NCBI GenBank assembly: GCA_965552055.1
Contig: CBEVQO010000003.1
Location: 32,001 to 96,000 of the forward strand
Direction of reading: 5' to 3'
Length of the DNA: 64,000 nucleotides
Source: an uncultured bacterium
GTDB taxonomy: Bacteria; Hydrothermota; UBA3073; NMUJ01; CBEVQO01
Shown: in pieces, positions 37,675 through 47,352 of the stretch
Numbering within the stretch: position 1 is the stretch's first letter
How the letters are laid out: each line of letters opens with the position of its first letter
Notes under the pieces: generated by a model
What the model saw: the letters and a program-made list of their open reading frames with translations, nothing else
Databases searched by the model: none
What the model was told of the DNA's origin: nothing
Translations under genes and position numbers: made by a program

Positions 37675-38931
37675 ATGGGGATGACAATTGCAGAAAAAAT
37701 TCTTGCAAAAAAGTCAGGTAAAGACAAAGTTAAAGCAGGTGAAATAGTTACTGCAAAAGTAGATGTGGCAATGTCCCACGAAAATTCACGAATGGTAAAA
37801 CTCAGTTTCGAAAAAATCGGTGTAAAAAAAGTATGGGACCCCGAAAAAATCGTTATAATTTTCGACCACAGAGTACCAGCAGAATCAGAAAAAACTGCAA
37901 ATTTACATAAAGAAATGAGAGAATTTGTAAAAGAACAGGGAATAAAGTACTTTTACGATATAAATGTTGGAATTTGTCACCAGGTACTCGCAGAAAAAGG
38001 TTTTTCACGCCCTGGAATATTGCTCGTGGGAACAGACTCTCACACAACTACAGCAGGTGCTTTTGGAGCTTTTGCAACGGGTATAGGTGCTACTGAGATG
38101 GCAGCAGTATGGGCAACAGGAGAAATATGGCTGAGAGTGCCGGAAACCATCAAGATAACAGTAAAAGGCAAATTGCAAAAAGGAGTTTACGCAAAAGATT
38201 TGATACTCTACATAATAGGCAAACTCAGAGCAGATGGTGCAAATTATAAAGCTGTAGAATTCTATGGAGATACGATAGAAAATTTATCAATAGCTTCTCG
38301 CATGGTTTTATCGAATTTGTCAATGGAAATGGGAGCGAAAACCGCATTTGTTCCGCCAGACGAAAAGACACTCAAGTATGTGAAAGAAAGGAGTAAATTT
38401 TCTTATGAAGTTGTGCACGCTGACCCCGATGCTGAATATTGCGAAGAAATAGAGATAAATGCAGAAGAAATTGAACCTCAAGTTGCATGTCCTCACAATG
38501 TTGATAATGTAAAACCTGTAAAGGAAGTTGAAGGAGTAAAAGTTCATCAGGCAGTGATAGGTTCCTGTACGAATGGAAGATTGGAAGACCTTGAAGAGGC
38601 AGCAAAAATTTTAAAAGGCAGAAAAGTTCATAAAGAAGTAAGATTACTCGTGATTCCTGCATCGTGGGAGATTTATCTGGAAGCTATGAGGAAAGGTATA
38701 CTTGAGACACTGGTAGAGGCTGGTGCTGTGATTATAAATCCTGGATGCGGACCCTGTCTTGGTGCGCACGAAGGTGTGCTCGCAGCAGGCGAAACCGCAA
38801 TCTCCTCTACTAACCGCAATTTCCAGGGAAGGATGGGAAGCGCAGATTCCTTTGTATACCTTGCATCACCTGCAACGGTAGCAGCATCAGCAATCGAAGG
38901 AGTAATAACAGACCCAAGAAAATACTTATAG
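37675..38931 (+). CDS. LeuC/HacA/DmdA-type aconitase-family large subunit
   Basis: DHRVP, GICHQ, DSHT, GSCTNGR, CGPCLG, STNRNF.GRMG, LASP motifs. Confidence 0.93.
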   Translation: MGMTIAEKILAKKSGKDKVKAGEIVTAKVDVAMSHENSRMVKLSFEKIGVKKVWDPEKIVIIFDHRVPAESEKTANLHKEMREFVKEQGIKYFYDINVGICHQVLAEKGFSRPGILLVGTDSHTTTAGAFGAFATGIGATEMAAVWATGEIWLRVPETIKITVKGKLQKGVYAKDLILYIIGKLRADGANYKAVEFYGDTIENLSIASRMVLSNLSMEMGAKTAFVPPDEKTLKYVKERSKFSYEVVHADPDAEYCEEIEINAEEIEPQVACPHNVDNVKPVKEVEGVKVHQAVIGSCTNGRLEDLEEAAKILKGRKVHKEVRLLVIPASWEIYLEAMRKGILETLVEAGAVIINPGCGPCLGAHEGVLAAGETAISSTNRNFQGRMGSADSFVYLASPATVAASAIEGVITDPRKYL

Positions 38932-38940
38932 GAGGGGAAA

Positions 38941-39441
38941 ATGGAGGTCATCAAAGGAAAAGTTTGGAAATTTGGAGATAATATAAACACAGATGTAATT
39001 TATCCCGGGAGATATATGAAGATAACGGACCCAGAGGAAACAGCGAAACACTGTTTTGAAACTGTGTATCCTGAATTTATGAAAGAAGCAAAGCCCGGTG
39101 ATATCATAGTTGCCGGTAAATACTTTGGATGTGGTTCATCAAGGGAACAGGCAGTAACCTGTCTTAAATATTTTGGAGTGGGAGCTGTTGTTGCCGAATC
39201 TTTTGCCCGCATATACTACAGAAACGCAATAAATGTGGGCTTACCAATAGTAGTATGTCTGGGGATAACGAAAAAAGTAGAAAAGGGCGATATCATTGAG
39301 ATAAATCTTGAAAAAGGTGAGATAAAAAATGAGAGAACAGGTGAAATCATAAAATTCGAGCCATTACCAGATTTTGTGCTTCAAATATTTAAAGCAGGCG
39401 GATTAATCCCTTACATACGCAAAAAGTTGGGAATAGAGTAA
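38941..39441 (+). CDS. LeuD/HacB/DmdB-type small subunit
   Basis: GDNINTDVI, FGCGSSRE, SFARIYYRNAIN motifs. Confidence 0.93.
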   Translation: MEVIKGKVWKFGDNINTDVIYPGRYMKITDPEETAKHCFETVYPEFMKEAKPGDIIVAGKYFGCGSSREQAVTCLKYFGVGAVVAESFARIYYRNAINVGLPIVVCLGITKKVEKGDIIEINLEKGEIKNERTGEIIKFEPLPDFVLQIFKAGGLIPYIRKKLGIE

Positions 39442-39444
39442 TAA

Positions 39445-42141
39445 ATGAGAGTGAAAATAACGATTATCATATTAATAGGATTTATTTTCATGCTGGTATA
39501 TGCAGAGGAGATGCCCCCTATATATGTTTCGATTGTCTCACATAATGAAGAGCCATTAACAGGTCAGTATCCTGACTTTACATCGAACGAGGATACATTC
39601 TGGGTGCATCGTAATGCAGTGGTGAGATTTGCCCAGATGTTGCACGATAAAGGTGTGAAATATAATTTTCAATCTGACTGGAATTTTCTTATGGCAGAAA
39701 TAATGTTTGATACAGGTACATCCAGTACCAACAACAAAAATTTGATTAAATATCTGGTAGAAGACCTTGGATTTGAAGTTGACCCTCATGCTCATGAGAC
39801 AAATTATAATTATGCTGATGTAGCATACCTGATATCTCAGTTAATTGAAGGTGAGCCTTCACATACTGTTGGTGGTTATATTGCATATCCTCCTGATTCT
39901 TCAAAAATTGAATATTTTAGGGATACGATTTATGGCTGGCATTACGATTATAAGTGGAAAGCAGAAATACTATGGGGAGGTGCTACGAAATTTCATCAGA
40001 ATGAGGATAGTTTATATGTCGCAGGTATATGGAAGCCAAAGGATGATTATCATTATCTTTTGCATGACGAATATGCACCTTTGCCAGAAATAGGAAGATA
40101 TTTGCCGAACTGGAGGGGTTTGCACGATTTACTTAAAAAACAGGAAAAAGGAGAATTGCATTCGGGTAGAATTTACACAATCACTATATTTGTAAGCCAA
40201 AATTTTTTGCTGGATACAAATTTTATAAATGCATTTAGTAAAAAGATAGACTCACTTAAACCTTATGTTGATTCTGGCAGGATTGTATGGGTAGGATTAG
40301 CAGAAGCTGTGGATATCTGGCGTACACATTATGATGCGAGACCCAATCTTTATTCATGGCTTGCTGGTGATATAACAAAACCTGTTCGCGAGACATTGTG
40401 GCTTAAAATGGATGACGGAGTGCACTTAGATGTGACACTTTATAAACCCGTTGACCCTGCACCACCGGGTGGCTACCCTGCTATCATATTTGTGCATGGA
40501 TTGGGAGGTTCTAAGCTCCAGATGGAACCACTTGCCGAGTATTATGCAACTAAGGGATACATTACGCTTGCATATTCTGTTCGTGGACAGGGTAAATCAG
40601 AGGGCTTATCCACAATATTTTCATATCGTGAGCAAAAAGACCTCGATAGCATTATAAACTGGTTGGCAAGTTTACCTTATGTTAGCGATACACTAATCGG
40701 TGTAAGCGGAGCATCTCAGGGAGGATACCATTCATGGCTCGCGGGTGTATGTAATATGAATGTGCGTGCAGTGGCACCTGAAAATAGCACTCCGAAAGTA
40801 ACCGATGCAATGGCAAGATATAACTGTTATGAAGCATGTATAACGGCTGGTATGGACTATTTACCGAATGTTCGGGTTGATACAATATCGTATCCTGTAA
40901 AACACTGGTTGCTTGAAGATAATTATGATTCGGTGCGTGCAGTCATCGCACAAGGCAGGGAATTTGATTCAATTGATGTAGCAAATTCCAATGCTCATTA
41001 TCTGATAATGGGTGCATGGCATGACCACATGTTCTGGCATAATCGTGTGCCAGGTGCATTCGCAGTAGCACCCCATCGCCCAATAATGTATCTCGGGACA
41101 GGAGGACATGGTTCTGAGTACTCTCCTCAGGAAGATTCTTTTCGCGACAAATTGCGTGAAATATTTTTTGATGCAACACTCAAAGGCAACTATGATGCAC
41201 TCGATACGATAAAACCAGTAATCATAGCAATAGGACCATACTGGGAGCATCTTGAATTTGACAAATGGCCTCCCGAAGGAATCAAAACAATTACATATTA
41301 TCTGCACTCCGATGGCTCACTTAGTGACGAAATACCGGGAGCAAATGATTCATCATATCATATACAACATCAACTTATTGACCCTGCATACGACTGGGAA
41401 ACAGCGGTTAAGGACCACTTCAGGCATGTAAAGAGTGCATTTATGCAGTGCAGGCGAACATGGAGAACAGAGCAATTTACAGATACAATTATAATACTGG
41501 GGATACCGACTGCTAAGGTGTATGCAAAATCTACAGCAAGCAGAATGCAAATAAATTTGCAATTATATGATGAACTACCTGATGAAATACCTGTGTATCT
41601 TACACAAATAAGTATGGGAGTAAGGGATAATCCTGATACTTCTCAATGGCATACACTTGAAGGTGAATTCACAATTATAGGCTGGAAGATACCACCCGGA
41701 CATAGACTGAGACTCGATTGGACAAGCATCAATCAAACTCTGGGTGATACAAGTTTATGGACTATACCGTATTGGAATGCAAATGGCATACTTACTCTGG
41801 GGTTGGATGAAGAGCATCCCAGTCATATATGTGTGCCAATTTTATCGCTTGAGTCTGTAAATAAGTCAAAATCAATAGAAGCAGGGATAAAGGTTTATCC
41901 AAACATTGTCTTTAATTATGTAAACATAGAGATAAAACTCAATAAACCTTCAGCTGTTTCGATTAAAATTTGCAATCTAATAGGGCAAATTGTAATTGCT
42001 GAGGCTTTACATAAATCCGCTGGCACTCATGTAATACGCTATAATTGTAGCAAATTGCCTTCGGGTGTGTATTTTATAATTGTAAAAATAGGCAATATCA
42101 GTAAAGTTGCCAAGTTATGCGTAATCAGATGTCGTGATTAA
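39445..42141 (+). CDS. Secreted fusion: unknown N domain + CocE/NonD alpha/beta hydrolase + T9SS-like C-terminal domain
   Basis: Signal peptide; MDDGVHL, HGLGG, RGQGKSEG, nucleophile motif GASQGG, PPGHRLRL; C-terminal YPN..LPSGVYF. Confidence 0.78.
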   Translation: MRVKITIIILIGFIFMLVYAEEMPPIYVSIVSHNEEPLTGQYPDFTSNEDTFWVHRNAVVRFAQMLHDKGVKYNFQSDWNFLMAEIMFDTGTSSTNNKNLIKYLVEDLGFEVDPHAHETNYNYADVAYLISQLIEGEPSHTVGGYIAYPPDSSKIEYFRDTIYGWHYDYKWKAEILWGGATKFHQNEDSLYVAGIWKPKDDYHYLLHDEYAPLPEIGRYLPNWRGLHDLLKKQEKGELHSGRIYTITIFVSQNFLLDTNFINAFSKKIDSLKPYVDSGRIVWVGLAEAVDIWRTHYDARPNLYSWLAGDITKPVRETLWLKMDDGVHLDVTLYKPVDPAPPGGYPAIIFVHGLGGSKLQMEPLAEYYATKGYITLAYSVRGQGKSEGLSTIFSYREQKDLDSIINWLASLPYVSDTLIGVSGASQGGYHSWLAGVCNMNVRAVAPENSTPKVTDAMARYNCYEACITAGMDYLPNVRVDTISYPVKHWLLEDNYDSVRAVIAQGREFDSIDVANSNAHYLIMGAWHDHMFWHNRVPGAFAVAPHRPIMYLGTGGHGSEYSPQEDSFRDKLREIFFDATLKGNYDALDTIKPVIIAIGPYWEHLEFDKWPPEGIKTITYYLHSDGSLSDEIPGANDSSYHIQHQLIDPAYDWETAVKDHFRHVKSAFMQCRRTWRTEQFTDTIIILGIPTAKVYAKSTASRMQINLQLYDELPDEIPVYLTQISMGVRDNPDTSQWHTLEGEFTIIGWKIPPGHRLRLDWTSINQTLGDTSLWTIPYWNANGILTLGLDEEHPSHICVPILSLESVNKSKSIEAGIKVYPNIVFNYVNIEIKLNKPSAVSIKICNLIGQIVIAEALHKSAGTHVIRYNCSKLPSGVYFIIVKIGNISKVAKLCVIRCRD

Positions 42142-42144
42142 AAA

Positions 42145-43227
42145 TTAAACTTTGCGGACAAATCCTCCCGGTTTTATTCTGGCTTTAACTTTTTTGCCAC
42201 GACAATCGATTTTGATTTCTTCTCCTTCTTCAAATGGCAAACTTATATAACCCATGCCTATTGGACAATTTAAATGCGGTGAGAAGCCACCACTTGTAAC
42301 AACTCCTGCTTTTTCATCCCCCTTATAAATATCATAGCCTTTCCTCGGTATAATTTTATCTTCGACTATAAATCCTGTTAGTTTTCTTTTTAGACCTTCT
42401 TCTTTTTGCTTTAAAAGTGCATCTTTTCCTATAAAATCATCTTTATCAAATTTCACAATCCATGATAATCCAGCCTCAAGAGGAGTTGTATTTTCATCAA
42501 TATCATTCCCGTAAAGGCAATATCCTGCTTCCAAGCGCAAAATATCCCTTGCTCCAAGACCTGCGGGCTCTATTCCAAACTCTTTCCCTGCTTCAAAAAT
42601 CCAATCCCAGATTTTTACTGCATTTTCAGATGTAACAAATACTTCAAAGCCATCTTCACCCGTATATCCTGTGCGCGATAGAAAAACATCAATCCCATTT
42701 ATCTTACCCTGTCTAAATCTAAATCTTTTGGGTGGAATTTCTCCGTCAAATATCTTTTCGAAGATTTTTATAGCATCGGGACCCTGTACCGCTATCAAAG
42801 CCCAGTAATCACTTTTATTTTCGATTTTTACATCACCCTTTTTATTTTTTACCATCCATTCATAATCTTTTTCGATATTTGCAGCATTTACAACGATTAA
42901 GAATTTATCGGGGAAATTGTAAACAACGATGTCATCAACCATACCGCCTGTGGGATAGCACATGCCCGAATACTGCGCCTGATACTCTTTTAACTTTGCC
43001 GGATTATTTAAAGTTATGTAACTGACAAAAGATAGGGCATCCTTTCCTGATATTTCGATCTCTCCCATGTGTGATACATCAAAAATACCACAGGAGCTTC
43101 TAACTGCTTTTGCCTCATGAAGTATTCCCTTATATTGGAGTGGCATCTCAAAACCTGCAAATGGCACTAATTTTGCACCAAATTCCCTATGTCTGTTATA
43201 AAGAGGCGTTCTTTTCAATTTTTCCAT
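42145..43227 (-). CDS. gcvT: Glycine cleavage system T protein
   Basis: FAGFEMP, FDVSHMG, RTGYTGEDGFE, GLGARDILRLEAG motifs. Confidence 0.96.
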   Translation of the reverse strand: MEKLKRTPLYNRHREFGAKLVPFAGFEMPLQYKGILHEAKAVRSSCGIFDVSHMGEIEISGKDALSFVSYITLNNPAKLKEYQAQYSGMCYPTGGMVDDIVVYNFPDKFLIVVNAANIEKDYEWMVKNKKGDVKIENKSDYWALIAVQGPDAIKIFEKIFDGEIPPKRFRFRQGKINGIDVFLSRTGYTGEDGFEVFVTSENAVKIWDWIFEAGKEFGIEPAGLGARDILRLEAGYCLYGNDIDENTTPLEAGLSWIVKFDKDDFIGKDALLKQKEEGLKRKLTGFIVEDKIIPRKGYDIYKGDEKAGVVTSGGFSPHLNCPIGMGYISLPFEEGEEIKIDCRGKKVKARIKPGGFVRKV

Positions 43228-43239
43228 TATTTTGTTCTA

Positions 43240-44343
43240 TTAATCTTCCAGTTTCTCGAATCTATCCTTAAGCTTATCCCTTACCTGTGGCAGTGTCGTG
43301 TATTCCATCTGTTCAAGTGGTAATCTGTGTGGCTCAAATGGTCCGTGTCTTCTCATAAAGTTCGCAATTTCGTTTGCCATTCGCCTTGCTTCATCAAAAG
43401 CAGGGTCATCAAACAAATCTCTAGGACCTATTAATTTACCTTCGGAAATCTGGAAACCGAGTGCTATCACTCTTGGGGGTCCATCAAATCTTGAAGGTGT
43501 AGCTTCCTTTACGGATACAGGCATAAGGGGACCGTGATGTGAGCCTCTCATCCATCCAGCAACAAGATGAGGAAATGCAAAGGGTTCTAATACTTCTCCA
43601 ACTGCCGGGAAGCCCGATTGTGTTCTTACAATCATAACGGGGTCATCTTTTCCAACATATCTTCCAGCGATTAAATTTACCTTTTGTGAACTTGCAATAG
43701 CTGCTATTTCTCTGTCACTCTTACGCCAGATTCTTCTGATGCAGTAGTGTTCCATAGCACCGATAAAAACAAGAAGGTCATACATCTCTTCTGGGACTTT
43801 GAATTCAATCTTCTCGTGTTTGTAAACATCTATAACTTCGAAGATAAATCCATCGTGGAGTTTCGGGTCAATAACCAATCCTGCAGTATTAAACGGGTCT
43901 GCAAAAATTTTGAATAGAGGGAAATTCCATGCACCCGGTGATGTTTTATCTGCCATGAAGATTATGATGGGTTCGCTTGGTCGCTCTTCTATTTCCATTT
44001 CTGCAACTCCTGGTCCCATTCCCTTCACATTTCCCGAGAAGGTTTCGGTAAGTATATCCTGTCCTGCGCCATAAAGTTTCATCTTTTTTGCCAGTTCTGT
44101 GCATTTTATGAATGTATCCCATGCGAGTTTGTGAATATCAGAATTATCCTCTCCTTTTTGATGCGTCATAATGAGTTCAAGGTCGTCGCCGCAAGCAGTT
44201 ACATGATAGTCAAGTATCAAACCCTTTTTCCTTGCTTCTTCGAGTGATTCTTTTGCGCAATCGAGTATCGCGGGATGACTGGAAGAGTGTCCCACATATC
44301 CGCCTATATCTGCCTTTATAACGGATATTGTTACTTTTGCCAT
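43240..44343 (-). CDS. fbp: Fructose-1,6-bisphosphate aldolase/phosphatase (class V)
   Basis: SVIKADIGG, GDDLELIMTH, LYGAGQD, GNVKGMGPG, YVGKDDP, GWMRGSH, HGPFEPHRL motifs. Confidence 0.95.
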   Translation of the reverse strand: MAKVTISVIKADIGGYVGHSSSHPAILDCAKESLEEARKKGLILDYHVTACGDDLELIMTHQKGEDNSDIHKLAWDTFIKCTELAKKMKLYGAGQDILTETFSGNVKGMGPGVAEMEIEERPSEPIIIFMADKTSPGAWNFPLFKIFADPFNTAGLVIDPKLHDGFIFEVIDVYKHEKIEFKVPEEMYDLLVFIGAMEHYCIRRIWRKSDREIAAIASSQKVNLIAGRYVGKDDPVMIVRTQSGFPAVGEVLEPFAFPHLVAGWMRGSHHGPLMPVSVKEATPSRFDGPPRVIALGFQISEGKLIGPRDLFDDPAFDEARRMANEIANFMRRHGPFEPHRLPLEQMEYTTLPQVRDKLKDRFEKLED

Positions 44344-44362
44344 AACCCCTCCTTATTCTTTA

Positions 44363-44389
44363 ATTATGATAAATTAGACAAAATGTCAA
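44363..44389 (-). promoter_or_regulatory. Promoter TTGACA-N15-CATAAT
   Basis: -35 at 44389-44384, -10 at 44368-44363; SD GGAGG before fbp. Confidence 0.7.
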
Positions 44390-44400
44390 GCAAATTTTTT

Positions 44401-44645
44401 AAATTTTTATTACGAGCGTAAGCGAGCAAGGCACTGCCTTAACCACGCTGTGGCTCTCTAAAGCGCTTTTCTAATAATTTTTAATGCGAGGCGTAGCCGA
44501 GCACATTACATATGGGTTGATATGTCAGCCCATTACGGGGTTGTGGGTTACTCTGGTGTTTTATGCTTTATCTTCTGATTGCGTTATAGCGGGGGTAGTA
44601 GTGGGCTGACTTAATCGGGAAGGTGGGGACAGCGGAGGAGGGGCT
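44401..44645 (+). repeat. Intergenic palindromic element, copy B (two sub-units)
   Basis: AAATTTTTATTACGAGCGTAAGCGAG; AATTTTTAATGCGAGGCGTAGCCGAGCACATTACATATGGGTTG; GGTGGGGACAG at 44622-44632. Confidence 0.7.
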
Positions 44646-44654
44646 AAAAATTAC

Positions 44655-44681
44655 TTGACATATTGAGTCATTGATTATATT
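44655..44681 (+). promoter_or_regulatory. Promoter TTGACA-N15-TATATT of the alpha-glucan operon
   Basis: -35 at 44655-44660, -10 at 44676-44681, ATGs at 44684 and 44687. Confidence 0.7.
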
Positions 44682-44683
44682 TT

Positions 44684-46453
44684 ATGATGATTATTGTATT
44701 GTTAACTTTAACACTTGTAAGAACTTCCTCTCAAAAGATTTCAAATGAATTATTGAGTTTGATGAAAGAGCATCCTGATTCTATTGTAAAGGTGTGGGTT
44801 TATTTTACGGATAAAGGAATTTTCACAGAAAAAGATTATTACAGGTCGATTAAAGAAGCCGAAAGAAGATTGCCCCCCGGTGTCCGCAAAAAAAGGAGAA
44901 AATTGAATAGAAAATATTTGTGTGATTTTACAGATATTCCCGTAAAAGAAGAATATGTTGAGAGATTAAAAGAAACAGGTGCAAAAATTTACTGCGTATC
45001 AAAATGGTTGAATGCAGTTTCCTGCAAGGTAGAGGCAAAGAAATTATATGAAATAAAGGATTTAAAATTTGTATATAAGATAAGAAAAGTTCGTAGATTT
45101 GTTGAAAAGCTTAAAGAAGTTAAAGAATTAAAAGAAGGCATTTATGGTGATGCGATGCACTTTCAATATCGAGTGATTAACATTCCAAAATTGCATGACG
45201 AAGGCTATTTAGGTCAAAATGTTCTCGTCGGTGTAGTGGATGCTGGCTTTGACCTCGATGACCATCCTGCCTTGCGGGAAATCAAATCCAAAGTCGTTGC
45301 AAAAAGAAACTTTGTTGATGTTCCGGAAGATGAGGTTGATACTTCATGGGAGTCTGTAAAGCAGACGCCCTATCATGGTACGCGAATGGTCTGTCTTATC
45401 GCAGGAAAAGGAGCATTCGAAGTAATAGGAGCTGCGCCCGAATGTTATCTTGCACTTGCGCGCACAGAAGATGTTTATACAGAGAGAATAGCGGAAGAGG
45501 ATTTCTGGATTGCAGGAGTAGAATGGCTTACAGATGAAGTTTCTTATGTGACACCTGAAGGTGAAACTTTGGGTGTTGAAATAATTTCGAGTTCTCTTGG
45601 ATATAAATTTTATCCCTATTCGATGATGACAGGTGATACTATTCCTATGAGCAAAGTTGCCAGCCTCCTTGCCAGAAAAGGTGTTTTGCTTGTTACAGCA
45701 ATGGGTAATGTAACGAAGACTACATCCCGTCTTGACACATGTATAGTTGCGCCAGCAGATGCCGAATCTATTCTTGCAGTAGGAGCAGTTGATACGACAC
45801 TCGTATGGAAATGGTTTGAAACCCCTGGAGGAGGCTTAGCAACGAGTGCTCTTGGACCCACTGCTGATGGAAGGATAAAGCCCGATGTTGTTGGTCCGTG
45901 GTATGGCTGGACAGTGCTTACACCCGATTCAGATTACACCCTTATTGGTGGGACATCTGTTGCTACGGCTGTGGTCGCTGGTATGTGTGCAGCGATTCTG
46001 TCAGGACATCCTGACTGGACACCTTATGATTTGAGAAATGCGATTATAAAAACAGCATCAAGAGCGAACAATCCAAACGACACTCTGGGATATGGAATAC
46101 CTGACCCATGGCAGGCATTAAATTTCGAAAAACCCATCCCTGGAATTACTTTTAAGATAAAAATTTTAAATCCCTATCCAAATCCTTTCATTATTGGTAA
46201 GCATAAAGAGGTAACGATTCCTTATTTTATGACTGCAAAAACCTATGCTGAGATAAAAATATATTCAGTGAGTGGTAGATTGGTAAAATCCATTGAAGCA
46301 CCGACAGAGGACATAATTATAGGGATAAATTACATAAAATGGGATGGCAAAGATGAAAATGGCGTAACAGTGCCATCAGGCGTCTATATATTAGTGCTGA
46401 AAACAGGAGTAGGAGGAAAAACAGCGCTTCAGAAATTAACAGTTGTTCGATGA
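44684..46453 (+). CDS. Secreted S8 subtilisin-like peptidase with FlgD-Ig/T9SS-like C-terminal domain
   Basis: Catalytic triad VVDAGF, HGT, GGTSVAT; KPDV; C-terminal YPNPF..WDGKDENG..VPSGVY. Confidence 0.88.
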   Translation: MMIIVLLTLTLVRTSSQKISNELLSLMKEHPDSIVKVWVYFTDKGIFTEKDYYRSIKEAERRLPPGVRKKRRKLNRKYLCDFTDIPVKEEYVERLKETGAKIYCVSKWLNAVSCKVEAKKLYEIKDLKFVYKIRKVRRFVEKLKEVKELKEGIYGDAMHFQYRVINIPKLHDEGYLGQNVLVGVVDAGFDLDDHPALREIKSKVVAKRNFVDVPEDEVDTSWESVKQTPYHGTRMVCLIAGKGAFEVIGAAPECYLALARTEDVYTERIAEEDFWIAGVEWLTDEVSYVTPEGETLGVEIISSSLGYKFYPYSMMTGDTIPMSKVASLLARKGVLLVTAMGNVTKTTSRLDTCIVAPADAESILAVGAVDTTLVWKWFETPGGGLATSALGPTADGRIKPDVVGPWYGWTVLTPDSDYTLIGGTSVATAVVAGMCAAILSGHPDWTPYDLRNAIIKTASRANNPNDTLGYGIPDPWQALNFEKPIPGITFKIKILNPYPNPFIIGKHKEVTIPYFMTAKTYAEIKIYSVSGRLVKSIEAPTEDIIIGINYIKWDGKDENGVTVPSGVYILVLKTGVGGKTALQKLTVVR

Positions 46454-47352
46454 GATTCAAAGAAAATTTAGTATCTTACTCTTTTCTTTTGCCTTTTATG
46501 ATAATTTTTTTCATCTTTCTTTTTTATCCTTTTATTTATGCACTATGGCTTTCTTTTCATAAAGTTACAGACCTTTTCGATGTATTTGGCAAATTGAAAT
46601 TTGTTGGACTTAAGAATTATATAAAATTATTTAAAGATGTTGAGTTCTGGTGGGCAATTCTTATGACACTTCTTTATGCTGCTATAACGATTCCTTTAAA
46701 TATTGCTTTATCCCTTACTCTCGCTGCGTTATTACATGGAGCATTTAAAGGAGTAAGGGCTTACAGGACATGTTTTTTTATGCCCTTTGTTCTTGATACT
46801 TTTGTTGTTGCTATTGTATGGAAATTTTTATATTCGCATCCTTATGGAGTGGTTACTCAGGTTCTTAAATTTTTACATATAAATCTGCCACCGCTTTTAT
46901 CTTCACCAAAAACCGCGATGCCGAGTATAGCAGTTGCGATGGTGCTTAAAAATTGTGGATTCGGAATGATACTTTATCTCGCAGGGTTACAGAATATTCC
47001 TCAATCAATTTACGAAGCTGCGGAAATTGACGGTGCACCTGCATGGAAACAGCATTTGTATATAACTTTGCCTTTGCTCAAACCTATAACTTTCTTCCTG
47101 ATTTTAACAGGACTTATTGGAGCTTTTTCTGCATTTGCGGAGTTCTATGGCATGACAGGAGGCGGACCCGTTATAAGGGTTGGCACACATATTCTCGGGA
47201 GTACAAAAGTCACAGGTCTTTATTTATTTAGAAATTTTGAGTCTTTAAAACTTGGCTATGCTGCTTCTATTTCTTTTGTACTTTTGATTCTCACCCTTTT
47301 AATTTCATTTGTTTGTGCAAAGATATTGAAACCCGAGGTGCGATATGGTTAA
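46450..47352 (+). CDS. Carbohydrate ABC transporter permease (MalF-like)
   Basis: FVGLKNY and LAGLQNIPQSIYEAAEIDGA (EAA loop). Confidence 0.93.
   Translation: MRFKENLVSYSFLLPFMIIFFIFLFYPFIYALWLSFHKVTDLFDVFGKLKFVGLKNYIKLFKDVEFWWAILMTLLYAAITIPLNIALSLTLAALLHGAFKGVRAYRTCFFMPFVLDTFVVAIVWKFLYSHPYGVVTQVLKFLHINLPPLLSSPKTAMPSIAVAMVLKNCGFGMILYLAGLQNIPQSIYEAAEIDGAPAWKQHLYITLPLLKPITFFLILTGLIGAFSAFAEFYGMTGGGPVIRVGTHILGSTKVTGLYLFRNFESLKLGYAASISFVLLILTLLISFVCAKILKPEVRYG

Noticed and set aside
35329..39441. Assigning leuB/leuC/leuD or prpB symbols
   Set aside because: Substrate specificity cannot be determined, and context argues against plain leucine synthesis
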